Source of the DNA: a phage
Direction: 5' to 3' (one strand)
NCBI GenBank assembly: GCA_033648345.1
Contig: GCA_033648345.1_4121.1
Length of the DNA: 64,000 nucleotides
Shown: positions 45,405-59,502 of the stretch, piece after piece
Position numbering within the stretch: the stretch's first letter is position 1
How the letters are laid out: the number at the start of each line of letters is the position of its first letter
Notes under the pieces: model-generated
Told to the model about the DNA's origin: nothing
Databases searched by the model: none
What the model saw: only the letters and a program-made list of their open reading frames with translations
Translations under genes and position numbers: made by a program

Positions 45405-45797
45405 ATGAAACCATATACTTTCTACACAATTAATACTGTTGTAGATATAGGTGATGGTACAACTCCAACAATCATCGATTCTAAGTTCACAGGTGCTATG
45501 AATTTGTCGAGGTTGTTGGAGGCTATTATGGTACATGATTATCCCATGATGGTAAGTGTAGTAAAAACTGAAATAGATCTATATAAAGATAACAACGCAT
45601 CTTTCTATAATCTTCCAGTTTCATGGGGTAAATGTACTCTTAGTACTTTCAAATTCGCAATACCAATGGATGTTGATTTGCGTTTGAATGGAATACCATT
45701 AGTTTTACCTACAGAATTAAATGGTAAAAGAATTACAAAATTTATCACAACAGGTAATGATACAAATATTAGCATCAGCAAACAGACCTTTTCTTAA
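45405..45797 (+). CDS. hypothetical protein
   Basis: 130-aa ORF. Confidence 0.4.
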   Translation: MKPYTFYTINTVVDIGDGTTPTIIDSKFTGAMNLSRLLEAIMVHDYPMMVSVVKTEIDLYKDNNASFYNLPVSWGKCTLSTFKFAIPMDVDLRLNGIPLVLPTELNGKRITKFITTGNDTNISISKQTFS

Positions 45798-45854
45798 TTG
45801 TGATAAATATCATAAAGCAAGACAGAGGTCTTTTTTATTTTATATGGAGTAATT

Positions 45855-46817
45855 ATGGATATAAACCAAACAGCAGCGGAGCTACAGAAGTTTGCTGACG
45901 CACATAATTTGAATGTTGATGTTTCTGTTGTACTGGATAATATGGATGCGGGTGATTTCATCACACTAAATGCCGCTATGGATAATTCAGATAACCGTGA
46001 AATTTTTCAAATTCTACAAAAGTACAAAGCACAAATGAGTGAAAGTTTCTCATACTTCAGTACTGACAATGTAACTAAACATATTGTTGAAAGTTCTGAT
46101 TGGCATAAGACAGTTGATTCTATGACAATGAAAGACTTAGTTGAAGCATACAAAAGTAACTTCACATACTCTGATGTTTCTAAGTTGAGTATTCAAGAAT
46201 TAAAAACTATTGTGTTTGAAGATTTATCCTCTAACTTGGAAAATCCTGAAAACCAATTGAAATCTACACAGATTGCTAAGATGAATGTGTCCCAGCAACA
46301 ACAGCAAGTTAATCCACAAACCCAAGCAAAACTTAAACAAGCAGAACTACAACGTAATGCTAATAACATTAAAGTTAGTGTTCCTGGTAGTCAAAGCGGT
46401 ACTGATTCAATTGAACCAGTTGTTGGTATTGATGCTGGACAAAATCCACAACAATCATTAGTAGTAACCAAAAGTGGCACTAAGCCAAACGAATTGAATG
46501 TTTTCCCTTTGGATGATGTAACTCCAGTTGACAATCAAAATCAAAGTACTACAATTCGTGAAGAGAAATCACCACAAGAAATTAATAGTGAAGTGATGGG
46601 TGAGCCTGGTATGGAACCAGACGGTAATCCAAATTCACCATCTCCACTAACACAACACGCACCAGGTATGGGTGAAATGATTCATGCAATCGCTGATATC
46701 GAAAAAGAAGATGATATCTATGGTGATGAAAGTGTAATGGCAAACTCTGCACAACAAGAGAATGATGAGATGGTAGATCAAATCATTGATTTCTGTCACC
46801 GTATGCGAGGCCGATAA
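45855..46817 (+). CDS. hypothetical protein
   Basis: 320-aa ORF, Gln/Asn-rich middle. Confidence 0.45.
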   Translation: MDINQTAAELQKFADAHNLNVDVSVVLDNMDAGDFITLNAAMDNSDNREIFQILQKYKAQMSESFSYFSTDNVTKHIVESSDWHKTVDSMTMKDLVEAYKSNFTYSDVSKLSIQELKTIVFEDLSSNLENPENQLKSTQIAKMNVSQQQQQVNPQTQAKLKQAELQRNANNIKVSVPGSQSGTDSIEPVVGIDAGQNPQQSLVVTKSGTKPNELNVFPLDDVTPVDNQNQSTTIREEKSPQEINSEVMGEPGMEPDGNPNSPSPLTQHAPGMGEMIHAIADIEKEDDIYGDESVMANSAQQENDEMVDQIIDFCHRMRGR

Positions 46818-47035
46818 TGAGAACTGTACCTAATGTTCATGGTCACAACACTATGGTTTCCAACGAAGAATACAGACTATTACAGAAAATTAAGGCACGA
46901 GGTTCCGTGCCAGTTGAAAAAGTAAACGAATACTATCAGGAACTAGCGGATAAAATGGTATCTCGTGGAGTCCTAAATATTGTTGAGAAAGATGACGGTA
47001 CTGAAGAGTATTCAACTGTTAGGAGTAATAAATGA
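46817..47035 (+). CDS. hypothetical protein
   Basis: 72-aa ORF with overlapping start/stop. Confidence 0.35.
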   Translation: MRTVPNVHGHNTMVSNEEYRLLQKIKARGSVPVEKVNEYYQELADKMVSRGVLNIVEKDDGTEEYSTVRSNK

Positions 47036-47709
47036 ATTACGAGTACGATCAACAATCAGTTAATCAGATGGCTGATTTGTTAAGCGGTTTGAATGACATT
47101 GAAGCTGGTGCAACCCATAATGCGTCTGGTGTTCCTTACAAGTCAGGTGGTGATATCGGTGCAATGACCGACATATTGACATCATTAAATGAAGCTGGTA
47201 TGAATTATGGTGTTGATCCAGAACAGACACATCCACATGTTGTTCCATTCCACGCCCCATACAATGAACACATGCTTGGTCACCAACCAGCACAACCTGT
47301 TGTACAACGTGCACCTGCTAAACCTAAAACTAACTGGAGTTTAGTAGAAGAAAAAATTCAAGGTACTAAATCAACAAAAGTATACAGTGTTAAATGTAAT
47401 CATAGTTCTCAAGTTATCATGAATAATATTATGATGTATGAAGCTGCACTAACACTAGTAAACCTTCTAAACGAAGGAAGAATGTTGACAGATGCAAAAG
47501 TTCTTGGTATCATCAGTTCCGGTTTACAATACACCAATGTAATTACCGAAGCATTGAAGGCTGCACAGAAACGTCAACGTGTTCTGAATGAGTCGAAGTA
47601 CGATGAAGCAAAAGATTTAGATATCATCATCGCTGAAAAGAAAGCTGAAGCATACAAACTCAAAGAGCGTGTACTGAACTTTCTAAAGAGTGAAGGTTAT
47701 ATAAAGTAA
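47032..47709 (+). CDS. hypothetical protein
   Basis: 225-aa ORF. Confidence 0.45.
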   Translation: MNYEYDQQSVNQMADLLSGLNDIEAGATHNASGVPYKSGGDIGAMTDILTSLNEAGMNYGVDPEQTHPHVVPFHAPYNEHMLGHQPAQPVVQRAPAKPKTNWSLVEEKIQGTKSTKVYSVKCNHSSQVIMNNIMMYEAALTLVNLLNEGRMLTDAKVLGIISSGLQYTNVITEALKAAQKRQRVLNESKYDEAKDLDIIIAEKKAEAYKLKERVLNFLKSEGYIK

Positions 47710-47742
47710 ATAAATTTAGTGATATTTTATAAGGAAATTCAA

Positions 47743-48375
47743 ATGTCTAACTACAAAAAACTAATGGAATCTGCTTCACGTGTTGAAGCAATGAAGTTCA
47801 TCAAATTGAACGAATCTAACATCGAGAAAGCTGAAATCGTTCTCTCTGTTAAAGGTGAAATCGTTGACAAACTACAACGTCAGTCTGAAGTAATCAATAA
47901 CATGGGCGTTGACGTTCTAGGTCCACTACTTGACCGTATCAAAGCGGAACAAGGTCTTGATGCTGCACAGAACTTTAGTGATAGCGTTCGCCACCTACTT
48001 CAACATGCAGTTACTACTCTAATGGATGTTAAAGACAAAATCAGTACTGAAACTTTAAAACTAACTGGTGATATCACTGATGGTCCAGCAGTTTCTGATA
48101 TTGGTAGTGAAGATGTTGATATCGACATTGCTGCTGACACCCCAACGTTCGACATGGGTGCTGATGCTGATTTCGAAGAAGATATTATTTCTGAGCCAGT
48201 ACCAACTGAGCGTGAAATGAAAGAATCTGTAAAACCAACTCAAATTGGTATTAAGATGGAAAGTGTTCGCGGTACTGTAGGTACTAAATTCTTCAAAAAC
48301 AAAGAAGAAATGAAAACTTGGCTATCTGAGAACGAGAAGAAAGTTAAACGTGTACTAGGATACGTTAAAAAATAA
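47743..48375 (+). CDS. hypothetical acidic protein
   Basis: ATG 47743 after AAGGAAA. Confidence 0.45.
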   Translation: MSNYKKLMESASRVEAMKFIKLNESNIEKAEIVLSVKGEIVDKLQRQSEVINNMGVDVLGPLLDRIKAEQGLDAAQNFSDSVRHLLQHAVTTLMDVKDKISTETLKLTGDITDGPAVSDIGSEDVDIDIAADTPTFDMGADADFEEDIISEPVPTEREMKESVKPTQIGIKMESVRGTVGTKFFKNKEEMKTWLSENEKKVKRVLGYVKK

Positions 48376-48391
48376 TTAAGGATGAATCTAA

Positions 48392-48721
48392 ATGAGATTT
48401 CAAGATCTTACAGAAGAGGCTCCTGGTAAAGACATACGCAATATGATTACTACTATTGCGTTGTCTTTAGTATCATCGGGTCGCGAAGAAGTGAACCTAC
48501 AATCTTTAATCGCTGAAATCAAAAAGCGAACCAACATTGATGTTCCTTATAATGTTATGATGGATATTCTAAACTCTTTGCCATTTGTGCAAGATGCGAA
48601 TTCGGATGTTGTAACATTTACTGGTAATGATTCAGAAAGTACTGGTGAAGTTGAACAGAACTCTGAAGACCAAGTTGAAGATTGGGCAACAAAAGCTGCT
48701 GTTGCAGCAAATAAGCAATAA
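48392..48721 (+). CDS. hypothetical protein
   Basis: 109-aa ORF. Confidence 0.4.
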   Translation: MRFQDLTEEAPGKDIRNMITTIALSLVSSGREEVNLQSLIAEIKKRTNIDVPYNVMMDILNSLPFVQDANSDVVTFTGNDSESTGEVEQNSEDQVEDWATKAAVAANKQ

Positions 48722-48724
48722 AAA

Positions 48725-48753
48725 CTGAGACAAACAAAAATACGATGCTATAA
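48725..48753 (+). promoter_or_regulatory. early-type promoter upstream of RecB-like nuclease gene
   Basis: ctgagacaaacaaaaatacgatgctataat. Confidence 0.45.
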
Positions 48754-48767
48754 TTAGGAGTACACGG

Positions 48768-49487
48768 ATGTACACACCACCAATTGTTAGCAGATATACA
48801 TACGTTGATTACAAAAGAATTGAAGGCGGCCCCGAAGGTCGCCTTTATTCAACTCCAACAGGGAATCTGCCGTCAGTAACAACAATTCTTAGTGCCACCT
48901 CTGACAATGAGGGGTTGAAAAAATGGAGAGAATTTGTTGGTGAAGAGAAAGCTAATGAGATTACATTAGAAGCATGTACTGTTGGTACTTTTATGCACGA
49001 GAACTTAGAATATCGTCTGGATGGAAAGCCAGACCACCAAGGTGGTATGCCGATACGAGTTCTGGCCCGTAGAATGGCTGACAAAATTCAAGAAGAAGCA
49101 TGGCCTAGAATCAATGAAGTGTGGGGTCAGGAAGTTCCATTATTCTATGAAGGATTATGGGCTGGAACAACTGACTTAGTTGGAGTTCATGATGGTATTC
49201 CTTCTATCATGGACTATAAGAATTCCCGTAAATTAAAGACATGGGAACATATCGAAAATTACCGTATGCAAATCGCTGCATATGCACTATCGCATAATCA
49301 AATGTTTGGAACAAATATTGAGCGTGGTGTAATTTTCATCTGTGTAAGAAAAGATCCTAACAATTTACAATATCAAGAATTCGTTATTGAAGGAAAAGAC
49401 TTCAAAGATGCGGTTGATATGTGGATTGGTAGAGTTGAACAATACTATATTTTACGTGGAGAAATTGAATCAAATGGAACAGCATAA
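48768..49487 (+). CDS. PD-(D/E)xK nuclease, RecB/Cas4-like family
   Basis: TDLVGVHDG...IMDYKNSRK and QIAAYAL arrangement typical of RecB-family nuclease domains. Confidence 0.5.
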   Translation: MYTPPIVSRYTYVDYKRIEGGPEGRLYSTPTGNLPSVTTILSATSDNEGLKKWREFVGEEKANEITLEACTVGTFMHENLEYRLDGKPDHQGGMPIRVLARRMADKIQEEAWPRINEVWGQEVPLFYEGLWAGTTDLVGVHDGIPSIMDYKNSRKLKTWEHIENYRMQIAAYALSHNQMFGTNIERGVIFICVRKDPNNLQYQEFVIEGKDFKDAVDMWIGRVEQYYILRGEIESNGTA

Positions 49488-50031
49488 ACAAATGAAACAA
49501 GACCTATATACAATTCGTGCACTAGAAAGTAAAGGCTACATCTTAGATGAAGTAATCAAACTAAGTGATGAAGAAATTGACAAACTACAACTTTCAAATA
49601 AACTTCTAGTTAATATTAAAGATTACAAATCTCGCGGTGCAAAACCAGTAGAAGTAATCAAAGAGAAAATTGCTGAAGATATTAGTGTTGACGAAGTATC
49701 TCGTAATGTTGCACCAGAAGTAATTGAAGCATATGTAGTAGATACTGAAGAACAAATTAAAGTATCTGAAGAAGTACAAGTAATCGCTGAAGAACTAGCA
49801 CCTGTTGTTGAAGAAGAAGACGTTGTTGTTATTGAACGTGTTGAAGCTTCAAAAGAAGATTTGGATATTATCAAAGAAGCACTAAAAACCAAAGAACTAA
49901 AAAGTGTTGCAAACTATGTAAAACACTTGAAATCCCTAGTTCCTGAATCAATTCTTTCTTCCGTTGATAGCTCTGTTGTATCTCAACTAATCAATGAGCG
50001 TATTGCTGAAGTTAAAGAAAACGCTAAATAA
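49474..50031 (+). CDS. hypothetical acidic protein
   Basis: ATG 49474 after GGAG. Confidence 0.4.
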   Translation: MEQHKQMKQDLYTIRALESKGYILDEVIKLSDEEIDKLQLSNKLLVNIKDYKSRGAKPVEVIKEKIAEDISVDEVSRNVAPEVIEAYVVDTEEQIKVSEEVQVIAEELAPVVEEEDVVVIERVEASKEDLDIIKEALKTKELKSVANYVKHLKSLVPESILSSVDSSVVSQLINERIAEVKENAK

Positions 50032-50059
50032 TCCTATAATACTATAGGAGATAGTTTTT

Positions 50060-50641
50060 ATGGCACAACAACAAATTGCGTTACAGCAAGTAAGAACTGG
50101 TAAGCAACGTGACTTACCAGACGCGTTGGAAAAAGGCCAGATAGGATTCAGTACTGATGTGGGTCGTGTATTCATCGGCCTACCTTCCTCATCAGACCCA
50201 GCAAGCTTAGTTGCTGGGCGTACATGGGAAACTGATCCAAACTCTGGTAAAGAGAACGTGGAAATAATTACCGAATTCTCACCGTGGAGAACGGTATCCA
50301 AAATCATCAACCGTCCATTTGAAGTAGACATTCCACAAAACCAAGAGAGTGTTGAAGTTATTATTGAAAGTGAAAGTCGTGTATTCATCGACTACATCGC
50401 GTATAATAGCAATGAGACTATTTTAGAATCAGGTACAGTGCAAATTGTTGCTGCTGGTTCTTCAACAATGATTGCACAGTCGAATAACACAAGTCGTACT
50501 GATGCAATTTTATCTATTCTGTTTAGTAATCCAGTTTATGATTCAAGTACTGGAAATATGCAATTTGACATAGTTAATGCGGATTATTTAAATTCAGGAT
50601 ACCACATAGAATTTGTATATCGTGGGTGGGACAAACCTTAA
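50060..50641 (+). CDS. hypothetical protein
   Basis: 193-aa ORF followed by terminator. Confidence 0.45.
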   Translation: MAQQQIALQQVRTGKQRDLPDALEKGQIGFSTDVGRVFIGLPSSSDPASLVAGRTWETDPNSGKENVEIITEFSPWRTVSKIINRPFEVDIPQNQESVEVIIESESRVFIDYIAYNSNETILESGTVQIVAAGSSTMIAQSNNTSRTDAILSILFSNPVYDSSTGNMQFDIVNADYLNSGYHIEFVYRGWDKP

Positions 50642-50707
50642 AAGGCGTCCCGCCTTTTTCTTCCACAAAATTTAAGAACTGTATAAACAAAATAACAAGG
50701 ATGACAC

Positions 50708-53026
50708 ATGATTAACGTAACCAAGCGTAATGGAAAAAAAGAACCGTTATCTTTGGATAAGATCCATCAAATTTTATTTTTTGCTGCCGAAGGGCTGAGT
50801 GGTGTATCTGTTTCCGAAATTGAAATTCGTGCACAACTTCAATTCTTTGAAGGTATTGAAACCAATACTATTCATGATATTCTGATTAAATCAGCAGCAG
50901 AACTTATTTCTGAAGATACACCAAACTACCAATACGTTGCTGGTCGCTTACTAAATTATAGTATCCGTAAGCAAGTGTATGGCGACTATGACCCTATCAA
51001 ATACACTGCACATCTACAAGAAATGGTAGATACAAAAATCTATGATCCAGAAATTCTTGAGAAATACACACTTCAAGAAATTGAAGAGCTTGGACGTTAC
51101 ATCAAACATAAACGTGATGATAAATTCACTTATGTTGCTATGCGTCAGTGGGAAGGAAAGTATCTATATAAGAATCGCGTAACTAAGAAAATCTACGAAA
51201 CTCCACAAATGGCATATATGACCATTGCAGCAATCATCTTTATGGAGTATGATCGCTCTGTACGTATGTCTTATGTTAAGAAGTTTTATGATGCTGTTAG
51301 TAACTTTGATATCAGTCTCCCGACTCCTATCATGGCGGGTCTACGTACCAATACACGTCAGTTTAGTTCTTGTGTAGTACTAAACGTTGGAGATAGTCTA
51401 GATAGTATTGGTTCTTCTAACCACGCTATCCTACGTTATATTTCCCGCAAAGCTGGACTTGGTATCAATATGGGCCGCATTCGTGCTCTGGACTCCGAGA
51501 TTCGTTCAGGTGATGCAGTACACACTGGTTTGATTCCTTTCATTGCATCAACTGCTAAGACCGTTAAAAGCTGCTCTCAAGGTGGTGTGCGTGGTGGTGC
51601 AGCAACCGTCCACTTCCCATTGTGGCATTTGGAATTTGACAATCTTGTAGTACTGAAAAATAACAAAGGTACTGAGTTCAACCGTGTTCGACAACTTGAC
51701 TATTGTTTCCAAGTGAACAAAACACTATATCAACGTTTAGTGGATGGCAAGAATATTACATTCTTTAGTCCTAATGAAGTTCCTGGGCTATATGAAGCAT
51801 TCTGTTCTAACCAAAAAGAATTTGAAAAGCTGTACAAGAAGTATGAAGCTGATCCAAGCATTCGTAAAAAATCTGTATCTGCTGTTGAAGTATTCAGTAC
51901 TCTAATGACTGAGCGTGCAGAAACTGGTCGTATCTATATTCAAAACATTGACCATGCAAACACACACTCAACCTTTATTGAATCAATTGCACCAATTGAA
52001 CAATCCAACTTGTGTCAAGAAATCGCACTACCATCTGTGCCATTTGATGATATTAATACTGGCGAAGGTTTGATTAGTCTATGTACTTTGAGTGCAATCA
52101 ACTGGGGTAACTTTGATCGTCCAGAAGATATGGAAACTGCATGTGATCTTTCTGTACGTGCTCTTGATTCTCTATTGGATTATCAAGACTACCCAGTAGT
52201 TCATGCTGACCGTGCAACTAAAATGTATCGCCCATTAGGTGTTGGTATAATTAACTTTGCATACTTCCTTGCTAAACGTGGTTTGCGTTACAATGAAGCT
52301 GCATTGGAAACAGTTAACGAGTGGGCTGAAGCATGGTCTTATTATCTAATTAAATCTTCTGTACAGCTTGCTAAAGAGAAAGGTAAGTGTGAAGGTTTTG
52401 ACACACTAAAATATGCTAAAGGTATTCTACCAATTGATACCTATAAAGAAGATATTGATGCGTTGGTATCTCCTGAACTAAAACAAGATTGGGAAACATT
52501 GCGTCAGGATATCAAACAATATGGTATTCGTAACGCAACAACTATGGCACTGATGCCAGCAGAAACTAGTGCACAAATCAGTAACAGTACTAATGGTATT
52601 GAGAAACCTCGTTCACTTGTAACCAAGAAACTATCTAAAGATGGTATTCTTAAACAAGTCGTTCCTGAAATCAATAAGTTGAAAAACAAATATGATTTAC
52701 TATGGGATCAGAAAGATAACATCGGTTATCTACAAATCTGTGGTGTTCTTCAGAAATACATTGACCAAAGTATTAGTGTGAATACCAGTTACAATCCAGC
52801 ACACTTCCCTGATGGTAAGTTGCCAATGTCAACACTACTAACTGAACTAATGTATGCATACAAAGTTGGTTTGAAAAATCTGTACTATCATAATACTAAT
52901 GATGGTTCTGATGAAGTTGATGTTGAGAAAGTACTAAAAGAAGCTGCAAAACCAGAATCAGGACAGTTTGTGTTGCCTACACTACCTGACTTAGATGAAG
53001 GTGATTGTGATAGTTGTAAGATCTAA
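50708..53026 (+). CDS. nrdA: ribonucleotide reductase large subunit NrdA (class Ia)
   Basis: N-terminal ATP-cone (VTKRNGKKEPLSLDKI), catalytic NLCQEI and C-terminal Cys pair. Confidence 0.93.
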   Translation: MINVTKRNGKKEPLSLDKIHQILFFAAEGLSGVSVSEIEIRAQLQFFEGIETNTIHDILIKSAAELISEDTPNYQYVAGRLLNYSIRKQVYGDYDPIKYTAHLQEMVDTKIYDPEILEKYTLQEIEELGRYIKHKRDDKFTYVAMRQWEGKYLYKNRVTKKIYETPQMAYMTIAAIIFMEYDRSVRMSYVKKFYDAVSNFDISLPTPIMAGLRTNTRQFSSCVVLNVGDSLDSIGSSNHAILRYISRKAGLGINMGRIRALDSEIRSGDAVHTGLIPFIASTAKTVKSCSQGGVRGGAATVHFPLWHLEFDNLVVLKNNKGTEFNRVRQLDYCFQVNKTLYQRLVDGKNITFFSPNEVPGLYEAFCSNQKEFEKLYKKYEADPSIRKKSVSAVEVFSTLMTERAETGRIYIQNIDHANTHSTFIESIAPIEQSNLCQEIALPSVPFDDINTGEGLISLCTLSAINWGNFDRPEDMETACDLSVRALDSLLDYQDYPVVHADRATKMYRPLGVGIINFAYFLAKRGLRYNEAALETVNEWAEAWSYYLIKSSVQLAKEKGKCEGFDTLKYAKGILPIDTYKEDIDALVSPELKQDWETLRQDIKQYGIRNATTMALMPAETSAQISNSTNGIEKPRSLVTKKLSKDGILKQVVPEINKLKNKYDLLWDQKDNIGYLQICGVLQKYIDQSISVNTSYNPAHFPDGKLPMSTLLTELMYAYKVGLKNLYYHNTNDGSDEVDVEKVLKEAAKPESGQFVLPTLPDLDEGDCDSCKI

Positions 53027-53030
53027 TTAA

Positions 53031-53057
53031 AGATCCCGCTTCTGCGGGATTTATTTC
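53031..53057 (+). terminator. intrinsic terminator after nrdA
   Basis: gatcccgc-ttct-gcgggat followed by TTATTT. Confidence 0.6.
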
Positions 53058-53071
53058 ATAGGAGTGATATA

Positions 53072-53845
53072 ATGAAAGTTGACTATCGTAGTCCAATAGA
53101 TATTGGATTCATAGAAGAATTTTGGGATGATCTTGATATGGATATGATTGTTCGCTATCAAAAACTCCCACAAGACTTTATAAAAAAACATTTTGATAAA
53201 ATGAACCCTAATATGTTAGCTCGATATCAAACAATGACAACTGATTTTCTTAAAGAAAAGTGGGAGTGGTTTGATAAAAATGTTATTGCACAATATGTAG
53301 TCATGCCAATGGAATTGATTATGGAAAAATGGAATGACTTCAAAGATAACTTTCTGGATACTGTTGCTAAGTATCAAAAACTAACACAAGATTTTATTCA
53401 AGACAAATGGAATGACCTTGTTGAATTTAGAGATGGTGTAATGTCGGAAATTTCCAGATACCAAAAACTAACACTTGATTTCATTAAAGATAAATGGGAT
53501 TATATTGATAAGAACTATATTTCATATTATCAAACTTTAACGGTTGATTTTATCAAAGATAATATTACTGCATTAAATGTTGCAGCAGTATCCGCATTTC
53601 AAATACTATCGGATGATATACGCTCATCGATGGGGTTAGAAGCACCAGCAAAAACTATTACGGGTAATCAAATACTCGCGTTGGACCCATGTGCCGATGG
53701 TATGGCTCGATACAATGCTCATACACCTGACAATAATACAGTTTTGACATGGAATGAACTACTTACACTACACTTGGGTTCACAAGAAGGAATTAGTGAT
53801 ATCCATTGGCTATCATATAAATTGGGTCATAAAATTAATACATAA
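53072..53845 (+). CDS. tandem-repeat protein (about six ~25-aa YQxLTxDFIxxKW repeats)
   Basis: Repeats RYQKLPQDFIKKHF / RYQTMTTDFLKEKW / KYQKLTQDFIQDKW / RYQKLTLDFIKDKW / YYQTLTVDFIKDN. Confidence 0.55.
   Translation: MKVDYRSPIDIGFIEEFWDDLDMDMIVRYQKLPQDFIKKHFDKMNPNMLARYQTMTTDFLKEKWEWFDKNVIAQYVVMPMELIMEKWNDFKDNFLDTVAKYQKLTQDFIQDKWNDLVEFRDGVMSEISRYQKLTLDFIKDKWDYIDKNYISYYQTLTVDFIKDNITALNVAAVSAFQILSDDIRSSMGLEAPAKTITGNQILALDPCADGMARYNAHTPDNNTVLTWNELLTLHLGSQEGISDIHWLSYKLGHKINT
53153..53582 (+). repeat. in-frame tandem repeat array (~75 bp units) inside CDS 53072..53845
   Basis: Periodic YQ-LT-DFI-KW at protein level. Confidence 0.5.
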
Positions 53846-53857
53846 AGGAATATATAT

Positions 53858-54982
53858 ATGTCAGTTTTCAAAATTAATGAGAAGTCTCACCTAGAAAAGA
53901 ATATGTTTTTTGATGAAAGTGTTGATATTCAACGATTTGAAAGTAACAAATACTCTGCACTTGAAAAACTAACTGAACAACAGAAAAGTTTCTTCTGGAC
54001 ACCAGGTGAAGTTGACGTATCTAAAGATAAAATTGATTTTGCTAACCTCAATGATTCTGAGAAGCATATCTTTACATCAAACTTAAAACGTCAAATCCTT
54101 CTTGATTCAGTTCAAGGTCGTGGTCCTAATCTAATGCTACTGCCATATGCATCTCTACCTGAACTTGAAAACTTTATTGAAACATGGGCGTTCTTTGAAG
54201 GTGCTATTCATAGTAAATCATATACACATATTATTCGTAACATTTATCCTAATCCATCTGAAGTTTTTGATACTATGTTGGACATTCCAGAAATCACTGA
54301 TTGTGCTGCTGATGTTTCAAAATACTATGATGACCTTGATGAACTAGGAACATTGTATCGTGCATTAGGTGAAGGCACTCATACTGTTAATGGGAAAACT
54401 ATTGAAATTAATATGTATGATCTAAAGAAAAAACTATGGTTATGTTTGAATAGTATTAACATTCTTGAAGGTGTTCGTTTTTATGCTAGTTTTGCTTGTT
54501 CATGGGCATTTGCAGAGAACAACCTCATGGAAGGTAATGCAAAGATTATTCGTCTAATTTGTCGTGATGAAAACCTTCATCTCGCAGCAACACAAATGAT
54601 TTTACGTCTTCTAAAGAAAGAAGATCCAGATATGGTAAAAATTGCCGAAGAGTGCTATGATGAAGTACTGGAAATGTTTATGTCTGCTATTCGCCAAGAA
54701 GAAGCATGGGCAGATTTCCTCTTTAAAGATGGTTCTATTATTGGATTGAACTCTGAAATTCTTAAACAGTATGTTCGCTGGATTGGTTCTAAGCGTATGA
54801 CTGCACTTGGTATCAAATGTCCATATACTGTATCCAAGAGTAACCCACTACCGTGGACTGAACACTGGGTAAGTGGTAGTTCTGTACAGGTAGCACCACA
54901 AGAAACTGAAATCAGTTCTTATATCATTGGTGGTATTGTGAATGATATCCAAGGAGATACATTCTCGCCATTTAAACTATAA
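53858..54982 (+). CDS. nrdB: ribonucleotide reductase small subunit NrdB
   Basis: Di-iron ligand motifs (FFEGAIHSKSYTHII, RDENLHL). Confidence 0.92.
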   Translation: MSVFKINEKSHLEKNMFFDESVDIQRFESNKYSALEKLTEQQKSFFWTPGEVDVSKDKIDFANLNDSEKHIFTSNLKRQILLDSVQGRGPNLMLLPYASLPELENFIETWAFFEGAIHSKSYTHIIRNIYPNPSEVFDTMLDIPEITDCAADVSKYYDDLDELGTLYRALGEGTHTVNGKTIEINMYDLKKKLWLCLNSINILEGVRFYASFACSWAFAENNLMEGNAKIIRLICRDENLHLAATQMILRLLKKEDPDMVKIAEECYDEVLEMFMSAIRQEEAWADFLFKDGSIIGLNSEILKQYVRWIGSKRMTALGIKCPYTVSKSNPLPWTEHWVSGSSVQVAPQETEISSYIIGGIVNDIQGDTFSPFKL

Positions 54983-54995
54983 AATAAAACTAACA

Positions 54996-55018
54996 GGGAT
55001 TCTATGAATCCCTTTTCT
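54996..55018 (+). terminator. intrinsic terminator after nrdB
   Basis: gggattc-tat-gaatccc followed by TTTTC. Confidence 0.6.
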
Positions 55019-55030
55019 TATGGAATTTAT

Positions 55031-55198
55031 ATGAGTGATATTTTTACAATTGAGCGTAATGTTATCTATGACTTCTACCTAACTGGTGGATTTAAGGTAA
55101 CTGGTGCAGTATCTGATGTTTGTCCCAATGGTCTTGTACTGGTAGATGGTACTAGAGTCGTTCAGGCACACATTGTCATGTTTGTACCAACCGAATAA
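55031..55198 (+). CDS. small protein with Sm/Hfq-like sequence pattern
   Basis: FYLTGGFKVTG...LVLVDG...QAHIVMFVP resembles Hfq Sm1/Sm2; upstream ATG 55004 lies inside terminator hairpin. Confidence 0.3.
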   Translation: MSDIFTIERNVIYDFYLTGGFKVTGAVSDVCPNGLVLVDGTRVVQAHIVMFVPTE

Positions 55199-55201
55199 AA
55201 T

Positions 55202-55231
55202 TTAGGACAAACACCAGAACTGTGCTATAAT
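55202..55231 (+). promoter_or_regulatory. early-type promoter
   Basis: ttaggacaaacaccagaactgtgctataat. Confidence 0.45.
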
Positions 55232-55233
55232 GA

Positions 55234-58094
<2,861 letters not shown>

Positions 58095-58171
58095 AATCTT
58101 ATTGTTATTTTTATAAAGTATTTACCCAAATTTACGTTTTTTTGATAGTTTATATGGAGTTAAAGTAATAA

Positions 58172-59480
<1,309 letters not shown>

Positions 59481-59502
59481 AGTGTAATAATCAGTCGAGG
59501 GA

